From Macrostomum lignano (Eukaryota), in assembly GCA_002269645.1 (NCBI GenBank), contig NIVC01004674.1, positions 1-38,427 on the forward strand: a DNA stretch of 38,427 bases, written 5' to 3'. The notes below the pieces were generated by a model. The model was not told the DNA's origin and searched no databases. It saw nothing but the letters and a program-made list of their open reading frames with translations. Both the position numbers and the translations under genes were made by a program. Positions 10,985 through 19,311 of the stretch are shown in pieces; the first letter of the stretch is position 1; each line of letters starts with the position of its first letter.

Positions 10985-12433
10985 CGCATTGCTGGTAGCA
11001 ACCGTGGCCGTGTAACCAGAATCCTTAAGCTTTTTCAGGAGATTCTTGACCTTGTCGCTTTCACCTGCAGGAGCGTGAAACAGAGCCGAGAGGCATTGAG
11101 ATGGCCTTATAAGAGGCGGCCTTATAAAATTTTATGAACGTCTGAAAATCAAAAATATTCTACTGGCCAAATCAATTCGTACCATTGACAACAACCGTCT
11201 GGGGGAGATCTGTGGGGCTGACCTTGTTGACATTGATGGTGCCCTTGAAGATGACGATTTTACCGTCGGGGCCCTTGCCGATGACCGTGAAAGGCACGTC
11301 GCAGTTGGGCAGGGCGCCTCGGTAGGCCAGCTTGTTTTTCGGCGAGCTGGACTCGTCACCGAGCAGCAGGTGCGGCAGCGGCGAGGTGATGCTGAGTATC
11401 TCGGTCACCGAGGGGAATGTGATGTAGCCGAACCCGTCCTTGAAGTTGGCGTCTGTCGGATCAAATTTCCGGCATTATTTCATGAATTCAAGTGGCTTCG
11501 GTTTGGTTGAATTCGAGCATTATTAACTATAGGGCTTAGTTATGGTATGAGAAATTTGAGTTTTTCTAATTTTATTTAACTGCTTCGAGCTTCTATCATT
11601 AACTTTCAACTAGAGAATCGTGCTATTAAAAGATTGCCTAGTCAAAACTGTACTGCATGCTTAAACCACTCTCAGTTAAAGTCCAAATCTGATGGGAATT
11701 ACATGTACATGTATACTGATCTTACCGACTATTGTTGGGAAGTACTGGTTAGTCTGAATGAGTGCTCAACAGTGTTTATCAGTTCTAATCAGTGTTCATC
11801 AGTGCTCATCAGTCCTCATCAATGCTCATCAATGCTCATCAGTGCTCATCAGTGTTGCTCAGTGCTAATCAGTGCTCATCAATGTTCATCAGTGCTCATC
11901 AGTGTTGCTCAGTGCTAATCAGTGCTCATCAATGCTCATCAGTGCTCATCAGTGTTGCTCAGTGCTTATCAGTGCTCATCAATGCTCATCAGTGCTCATC
12001 AGTGTTGCTCAGTGCTAATCAGTGCTCATCAATGCTCATCAGTGCTCATCAGTGTTGCTCAGTGCTTATCAGTGCTCATCAATGCTCATCAGTGTTGCTC
12101 AAGTGCTAATCAGTGCTCATCAGTGCTCATCAGTGATCATCAGTGCTCATCAACGTTCATCAGTGTTCATCTGTGCTTATCAGTGCTATTCGGGATTCAT
12201 CTGTGCTCACCAGTGTTCCACAATACAGAAGTTGCTGGATCAAGCTGTTTTGATTGGATGGACATCATATAGCTCACCTGCACAACGACTCATACGAGCT
12301 CGTAGGATGAGTAGATAATAAAAAACTCACCAGCGGGGCCGTTAACGTTCACGGAAAAGTCAGCGCCAACAAGAGCCACCGCAGCCGCAGCCAACAGAAG
12401 TCTGGCCAGAGTGCAGCGCCGATCTCCCAGCAT
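1770..12433 (-). CDS. Secreted-type EGF/laminin-G protein resembling the membrane-proximal region of non-chordate (type III, DN-cadherin-like) classical cadherins, ~820-835 aa, 9 exons
   Basis: Exons: 12433-12331 (signal peptide MLGDRRCTLARLLLAAAAVALVGA; in-frame TGA just upstream), 11452-11183, 11064-10799, 10367-10096, 8422-8015, 6142-5743, 3327-3137, 2922-2715, 2116-1770. Phases agree at 7 of 8 junctions; exon 5/6 is off by 1 nt. Intron 7 is GC-AG. Motifs: EGF CNSKTC..CK..CEC..GPNCE; LamG LLGGSFNGCFRNVRLNNRLVDL; LRFRTR; VVSDGHWHEV; SCITGLRV; C-terminal EGFs. These match recalled DN-cadherin motifs (GFDGCIRNLVHNSKLYDL, QLRFRTR, VVNDGQWHVV, SCLDDIRL). Confidence 0.8.
2168..2608 (+). repeat. 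15-bp minisatellite (GGGGAACTGGAGGAT)n in intron 8
   Basis: ~29 almost identical copies. Confidence 0.97.
2947..3113 (+). repeat. 14-bp minisatellite (GCAGTGTGGGATAT)n in intron 7
   Basis: ~12 copies. Confidence 0.95.
3388..5718 (+). repeat. 9/18-bp minisatellite (GACACCAGA/GACATCAGG family) in intron 6, with ~455-bp higher-order blocks
   Basis: ~2.3 kb of 9-mer variants; the rare variant ACCAGGGAACATC recurs at 4341, 4798 and 5249. Confidence 0.97.
6205..7960 (+). repeat. 20/24/29-bp minisatellite (GAGTGCCCAACTCGAGATAGATAT family) in intron 5
   Basis: Core GAGTGCCCAACTC repeated for ~1.75 kb. Confidence 0.97.
8560..10075 (+). repeat. 28-bp minisatellite (AAATTCGATTTCTTAGAATCCACATCTC)n in intron 4
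   Basis: ~54 copies. Confidence 0.97.
10405..10708 (+). repeat. 30-bp minisatellite in intron 3
   Basis: Unit GCCGCTGTCCCACCTGATCCTTCAGCGGGA, ~10 copies. Confidence 0.95.
11760..12215 (+). repeat. 10-bp minisatellite (CAGTGCTCAT)n in intron 1
   Basis: ~45 decamers. Confidence 0.95.
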
Positions 12434-12999
12434 GTCTTCCCGACAGACTCACTGCAGTTATTATTCGCCGAAAAAGTTTTCTCTATACTCAGATTTCTGA
12501 CTATTAAACTGTCAACATGAAGCGGGCAGAGTTGCATAGATAACAAGTGAAGTCTCCAGTGGACCGGGCTGATCGCTGCGATATGCATGCAGTATCTCTC
12601 TCTGGCGGTACAGGCAGGCGTCTTGGCCACAGACTGCTGCTGCGGGGCTGCTGCCATAGACAGTTCAGAACTGCTGCCCTAAGATAGCCGAGCTGAATAA
12701 AAAAGTGCATGGGGAATCTACACGAGTGTACATGTATCACTTTTATAGCTCTCTCGACTATATTTAACACGCCGGCTCTAATGTACTTTAGTCTGCCATG
12801 CCAATTTACGAGCGTACATAAATCGCATTGATTGTTATTGACACGAGATTGCCACACCAAATAAACCATTGAAAGCGGCGCCTTTCATTGTTGTACTCGT
12901 AGCTTTGGCTCTAAGTGTATTAAACTACTTGTACGAATAGCACAGTATAAGCACGAAAGAACAAATATCAAATGGAACTGATGCACGTGAATGTAAATA

Positions 13000-13885
13000 C
13001 TGATGAGTACTAAATGAACAATGATGAGTACAGATGAGCACAGATGAATGTTGATGAGCACCAATGAGCACATATGAGCACAAATGAATGTTGATGAGCA
13101 CCAATGAGCACAGATGAATGTTCATGAGCGCAGATGAGCACAGATGAATGCTCATGAGCACAGATGAGCACAGATGAATGTTGATGAGCACCAATGAGCA
13201 CAGATGAATGTTCATGAGCGCAGATGAGCACAGATGAATGCTCATGAGCACAGATGAGCACAGATGAATGTTGATGAGCACCAATGAGCACAGATGAATG
13301 TTCATGAGCACAGATGAGCACAGATGAATGTTCATGAGCACAGATGAGCACAGATGAATGTTCATGAGCACAGATGAGCACAGATGAATGTTCATGAGCA
13401 CAGATGAGCACAGATGAATGTTCATGAGCACAGATGAGCACAGATGAATGTTCATGAGCACAGATGAGCACAGATGAATGTTCATGAGCACAGATGAGCA
13501 CAAATGAGCACAGATGAGCACAGATGAATGTTCATGAGCACAAATGAGCACAGATGAATGTTCATGAGCACAGATGAGCACAGATGAATGTTCATGAGCA
13601 CAAATGAGCACAGATGAATGTTCATGAGCACAGATGAGCACAAATGAATTTTCATGAGCACAGATGAGCACAGATGAATGTTCATGAGCACAGATGAGCA
13701 CAGATGAATGTTCATGAGCACAGATGAGCACAGATGAATGTTCATGAGCACAGATGAGCACAGATGAATGTTCATGAGCACAGATGAGCACAGATGAATG
13801 TTCATGAGCACAGATGAGCACAGATAAATGTTGATGAGCACCAATGAGCACAGATGAGTGGCATATGAGTACAGATAAGCACAGA
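13000..13885 (-). repeat. 10-bp minisatellite (CTGTGCTCAT family on - strand, 30-bp higher order), inverted relative to 11760-12215
   Basis: + strand GATGAGCACA/GATGAATGTT/CATGAGCACA; its reverse complement matches the intron-1 decamer. Confidence 0.93.
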
Positions 13886-14274
13886 GACTGTGGCAGAATA
13901 AATATTGGGCTGCAAAAGAAAAGCAAGCCAATGATTGAACAAGTCACGATTTTGATTTGCAGTTCACGAGAGTTGCTGCAGCAGTTGGTCTCACAGCACA
14001 GCTTACAAAGAGTGAGGACAGCAGCTGCTGGGCTTCCAATTCGATTTATTTTCATTAATTCATTCGGTGCCAGTCAGCAGGCAGGTAAATTTTATGGGTC
14101 AGGTAGGTTTGAACAAAGCAAACCAGTTTATGACATCGACTGCAGCCGCAGGGGCTGGGGCAGGGGTCGGGGAGTGGACACAAAACAGCTACCAACGACA
14201 AGAGCATGCAAACATGTAAGGATAAATTTTAGATAATGGCTAAGGCTGACTGACTGGTTTGCACAGGAATTTGC

Positions 14275-14640
14275 ACAGCAATCCGCCATCCTTAACCTGC
14301 ATATAGATTAGCAATCCACCATCCCTAATCTGCACATAGATTAGCAATCCACTATCCGTAATCCGCACGGATTAGCAATCCACCAACCATAATCCGCACG
14401 GATTAGCAATCCACCAACCATAATCCGCACGGATTAGCAATCCACCAACCATAATCCGCACGGATTAGCAATCCACCATCCCTAATCTGCACATAGATTA
14501 GCAATCCACCATTCCTAATCTGCACATAGATTAGCAATTCACCAGCCCTAATCCACACGGATTAGCAATCCACCAGGCCTAATCTGCACACAGATTAGCA
14601 ATCCACCAGCCCTAATCCGCAGGGATTAGCAGTAATCCGC
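14275..14640. repeat. 31-bp minisatellite with internal hairpin, immediately 3' of the WDR53 stop
   Basis: Unit GGATTAGCAATCCACCAACCATAATCCGCAC; unit junctions form (C)TAATCC-GCAC-GGATTA(G). Confidence 0.93.
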
Positions 14641-14664
14641 AGCCAGCAGACGGCACGCAGGCGG

Positions 14665-17256
14665 TCAGGCGGCAGCGGACAGGTCGCAGCAGTGGACGGT
14701 GCTGCCGGAGTCGGCCACGAACACGCGGTCAGGCCGGGTGCCGCAGAGGGCGTTCACCTTGTCGCTGTGGGCGAAGGACGCGCCGGCCTGCTCGGAGTCC
14801 AGCGCCCACAAATAGCAGCGCCGGTCGTTGCCGCCGGACAGCAGCAGGTGGCCGGGCAGGCACAGCAGGGCGCTGACACCGGCCGAGTGTCCGTAGAGGC
14901 TCTCAGACTGCAGCAGGTGGCGGCCGGAGCCGCTGAACAATTCCACGGAGCCGTTCTCCAGGCCGGCTGCCACGAACTGCCCGTCGGAGCTGGCGGCCAG
15001 GCAGTGCACCAGCGGCGGGTTCACGCCGATGCCGCTGGCTGACACCGTCGACTCGGCGTCCTGCAGCTCGCTCATGTCGAATATGTTGACGGCCTCGCCG
15101 CGGTGGCCCTTCCAGTCGGTGACAACCAGGCGATAGTCCATGCCGCCTGAGATCACCTGCGGGAGGGGGACGGCGTGTGAAATGCTGAGATCCCCGGGAT
15201 GTTGATGTTGATCCCGCTGAGATCTCCGTGATCTTGATATTGATCCCGCTGAGATCTCCGTGATCTTGATATTGATCCCGCTGAGATCTCCGTGATCTTG
15301 ATGTTGATCCCGCTGAGATCCAGAATCCAGGGATGTTGATATTGATTCTGCTGAGATCCAGAATCCAGGGGATGTTGATGTTGATCCCGCTGAGATCCAG
15401 AATCCAGGGATGTTGATATTGATTCTGCTGAGATCCAGAATCCAGGGATGTTAATATTGATTCTGCTGAGATCCAGAATCCAGGGGATGTTGATGTTGAT
15501 TCCGCTGAGATCCCAGGGATGTTGATATTGATTCCGCTGAGATCCAGAATCCAGGGGATGTTGATGTTGATTCTGCTGAGATCCCAGGGATATTGATATT
15601 GATCCCGCTGAGATCTCCGTGATCTTGATATTGATCCCGCTGAGATCCCAGGGATGTTGACATTGATCCCGCTGAGATCCCAATAAAGTGAAGTGAAACA
15701 AAGGTGGCTGAAATCCCGGGCCCAAACGACTCACCTGCCAGGTGCGGGTTGGCCGGAAGATCACAGCCGATGCGATGTTGTCGTGCTTGTGCAGGGCGCG
15801 CACCAGCTCGCCGCTGACGGCGTCGAAGATTTTCACGGCGCCAGTGTCGTCAGCCGTGGCCAGCCGCCGCTCCTCCTCCAGCAGGGCCACCGAGTTCACC
15901 TCGTCTTCGGCTGCGCAGATGGACAGCAGCGGCTGTGCCGGGCTGCGCAGGTCCCAGGCGTGCACCGCGCTGCCCTGCAGGCAGGGAGAGGACACGGGCG
16001 CGGTGTGGTATCACTCCATAGTGTGGCATCACTTCATAGTGTGGGATCACTCCATAGTGTGGTATCACTCCATAGTGTGGGATCACCTCATAGTGTGGGA
16101 TCACCTCATAGTGTGGGATCACTCCATAGTGTGGGATCACTCCATAGTGTGGGATCACCCCATAGTGTGGGATCACTCCATAGTGTGGGATCACCCCATA
16201 GTGTGGGATCACTCCATAGTGTGGGATCACTTCATAGTGTGGGATCACTCCATAGTGTGGGATCACCTCATAGTGTGGGATCACTCCATAGTGTGGGATC
16301 ACTCCATAGTGTGGGATCACTCCATAGTGTGGGATCACCCCATAGTGTGGGATCACCCCATAGTGTGGGATCACTCCATAGTGTGGGATCACTTTATAGT
16401 GTGGGATCACTTTATAGTGTGGCATCACTTTATAGTGTGGGATCACTCCATAGTGTGGGATCACTTTATAGTGTGGCATCACTTTATAGTGTGGGATCAC
16501 TCCATAGTGTGGGATCACTCCATACTGTGGGATCACTTCATAGTGTGGGATCACTCCATAGTGTGGGATCACTCCATAGTGTGGGATCACTCCATAGTGT
16601 GGGATCACTCCATAGTGTGGGATCACTCCATAGTGTGGGATCACTCCATAGTGTGGGATCACCCCATAGTGTGGGATCACTCCATAGTGTGGGATCACTT
16701 TATAGTGTGGCATCACTTTTTAGTGTGGGATCACCCCATAGTGTGGGATCACTCCATAGTGTGGGATCACTCCATAGTGTGGGATCACTCCATAGAGTGG
16801 GATCACATCATAGAGTGGGATCACTCCATAGTGTGGGATCACTCCATAGTGTGGGATCACTCCATAGTGTGGGATCACTCCATAGTGTGGGATCACTCCA
16901 TAGTGTGGGATCACTCCATAGTGTGGGATCACTCCATAGTGTGGGATCACTCCATAGTGTGGGATCACTCCATAGTGTGGGATCACCATAGTGTGGGATC
17001 ACCCCAGTACCTGAGCGGCAAACAGCAGCCGACCGGAGGCAAAGCCGGGCGATGAGAACGCCAGCGATACAACGGGAGCGCCGGTGGGGCCGCCGCACTG
17101 CCACTTGGCAGTCAGGAGGCGCTGGCCGGCGTCCCATAAGCAGATGGCGGCGTCGTCGGCCCCGGAGGCCAGCAGGCTGGAGTCGTGGTCCAGCGCCAGG
17201 CAGTTCACGGATGCGGAGTGGCCGTTGGCCAGAGCGGATGATGCAGAGGTGGCCAT
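14665..17256 (-). CDS. WDR53: WD repeat-containing protein 53, 325 aa, 3 exons
   Basis: Exons 17256-17011, 15974-15735, 15156-14665, all phase 0 with GT-AG. WD40 motifs GHSASVNCL..LASGADD..ICLWD and KHDNIASAV; VISGGMD; VNPPLVHCL; GHSAGVS..LLSGGNDR; KVN..VFVAD. These match recalled WDR53. Confidence 0.88.
15187..15680 (+). repeat. Complex 25-39-bp minisatellite (GATCCCGCTGAGATC core) in WDR53 intron 2
   Basis: Repeated TTGATATTGATCCCGCTGAGATC variants. Confidence 0.92.
16003..17005 (+). repeat. 18-bp minisatellite (ATAGTGTGGGATCACTCC)n filling WDR53 intron 1
   Basis: ~55 copies. Confidence 0.97.
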
Positions 17257-17359
17257 AAAGTTTATGAAACAGTACAGTAAAGCAGGAATGGGGAAAAGTA
17301 CACAGTGGGAGACAGATGGGAGGGGTCTGTAGGGATGTCAGTTCTCAATTTAGTTGGAC

Positions 17360-19311
17360 TCAGCGGACATGGCGATTTAAGCTGCGAGCGCGATGGTTGA
17401 ACGCGTAGAAGCTGGGCCGGTTGATGTTGTCCCAGACTCTGCAAGTGCAGGTGCATGATTCATCAGCTTAGTCAGGTTGTTTGTGTTAGGGTAAACGGCG
17501 GGAGTAACTATTACTCTGGTCTAAACAACAACCTATGCCTCGTCATCTAATCAGTAGTTATTTAACCTTCCGCAGCTGAACTGCTCACTTGTTCTCAGGC
17601 TCGGCAGCAGCAAATATCACTCTGAAGTCGCCAGCAATGTTAACAATGCCAATGCAGACAATGGCAAAGCCTAGCAGGCACTCGATGGCAATGTCCAGTG
17701 GCAGCTGCTCAAATTCCTCTTCACTAAGTCGCAGGATGCGGCGATCTGTTGTGAGGCCAGGAAAAGGCAGGAAAGCAACATTAAATGGCCAGCTTTGGCT
17801 GCAGACTCTTCTAAAGCATGAAGAAAATTGTTGCACAAATTAAACATTTTATTTGGATAGCTAAAATTCAATGCAAATTTTGCTGTAATCCAGCACACTA
17901 TAACAAATGAAAACAATGCAAAATAAACCATTGACTAAGCATTTAATTATTACATATTTGGTATCTACTAGAAAAACAACTATTGCCCCTATGAATTATT
18001 ATAAAAAAATGCATGCATGGCTCATAACTGGGACTATGGAATTTAGGCCTCTATCTAAGAGCCCTTGTGTTGCTTCCTCCCAATGTTGTCACTTAAGCTT
18101 GAGTAACTATTTGCATAGGAAGATCAAATTTGCATAGCCAAGCCTATCTTTTTGGATTCATAAGTTGGTATGGCATATTTTTTATGCAATAAAAGAGCTT
18201 TTTGCAAACTTTTCATTGAAGATATCCCTATGCAGATATCTCTTGTACCAAAATATAATAATTGGTTTTTAAAGTTTTCTACTAGAAATGAACTATTTCA
18301 TGCTAATAATATATAGGCAATTAGCTTGCTATAATAGACTAGAGGATGGAATATCAGGTAAAGTTAGAATGGAATATAAAGGTTATATTATAAGGTGGAA
18401 TATATGACATGGATTATAGGGTTGATAATTGTCTCATTTATGCAGAAAAAGAAATTAGAAAATTTGTATAGTTTATAAAATTTGCCTAATGGCAATATTC
18501 CCCACTCCTAAATATATATTTCTTTTATAGTACCTGATTTTCGATCAAATGGTACAAGTTTAAAGAAAATTGGTTGAGCCATTTTTTCTAAAAACAATCA
18601 CATAGCTAGATAGCTATATGCAAACAACTAATTTTTAGTATATAAGACTACTATACAATTTCACTAAGTCATTTTTATTTTATTATACACTTGATATCAT
18701 TGAGACTAGGCCTATACTAGAAATCATGTCATGTAAAATATACTGATATGGTAGAAAGCATACATCATGGCCATATTAAAAAACGATTTGCAATATATTC
18801 TAGTGTGCATCTAACATGATCCAGAATATTGGAGTATCCAAACTCTGGAATATTGTCATATAACTAAAAATCTAGATTTTTACTTAGAATTGTGAAGTTT
18901 TTATTAAAAATATAATGATTTTTTTAATTTTGTGTTTACTTACTATTTCCACTATGAACTTCTTATGGAGACAAAAAACAGTGGCAGATATAGGATTTTA
19001 TTTTTTTAAAGTAGTGGGGCAGATTGGCCTAACTTTTTTGGTTGGCCCAAAATAACCCCTAAAAATAGGACCTAAATAAGCCCGACATAGCAGCCCTAAG
19101 ACTTAGACCTCTACATATCATTAAGGTAGGAATATAAAGTCACATTACTATTACAAACAAAGTTAAAAAATTGAATTTCACGAATGTCAGATTGTTACAA
19201 TTACAATACAATACTGTACCACAATAACTCACGCTGTGCGGCGGAATAGGCTGAATGTAGGAGAAGTATAGCACCAACTAAAGTAGCAAACCTGCCATAA
19301 GTAAATGTCAT
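17360..19311 (-). CDS. MMGT1: ER membrane protein complex subunit 5 / membrane magnesium transporter 1, 104 aa, 3 exons
   Basis: Exons 19311-19233 (MTFTYGRFATLVGAILLLHSAYSAAQ), 17745-17589 (HRRILRL..LPLDIAIECLLGF..IAGDF), 17438-17360 (KVWDNINRPSFYAFNHRAR). Phases 1 and 2 are consistent. Hallmarks H.A.SAAQH, LP.DI, RPSF..FNHR. A splice acceptor (ttttgctatag) lies 3 nt before the ATG. Confidence 0.92.
17489..17555 (-). other. Bipartite 28S rRNA-derived segment, antisense on the EMC5 pre-mRNA (candidate intronic guide RNA or rDNA fragment)
   Basis: + strand 17489-17517 GGGTAAACGGCGGGAGTAACTATTACTCT and 17535-17555 ATGCCTCGTCATCTAATCAGT each differ by one base from the conserved eukaryotic LSU sequence GGGTAAACGGCGGGAGTAACTATGACTCTCTTAAGGTAGCCAAATGCCTCGTCATCTAATTAGT. 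The central CTTAAGGTAGCCAA is replaced by GGTCTAAACAACAACCT. Confidence 0.85.

Noticed and set aside
11634-14055. ORFs rich in AHQCSSVLI / CAHEHSSVL
   Set aside because: Translations of the decamer arrays.
15693-17137. 400-aa ORFs (SLHSVG, IVWDHS, IPHYGV)
   Set aside because: Translations of the 18-bp array in WDR53 intron 1.
17489-17555. A functional rRNA gene
   Set aside because: Only ~50 nt of LSU sequence, interrupted and inside an intron; no other rDNA in the window.
17439-17588. A canonical C/D or H/ACA snoRNA call
   Set aside because: There is no RUGAUGA box 5' of the guides, the D-box spacing does not land on recalled methylation sites, and there is no two-hairpin H/ACA layout. Kept only as a non-canonical candidate.
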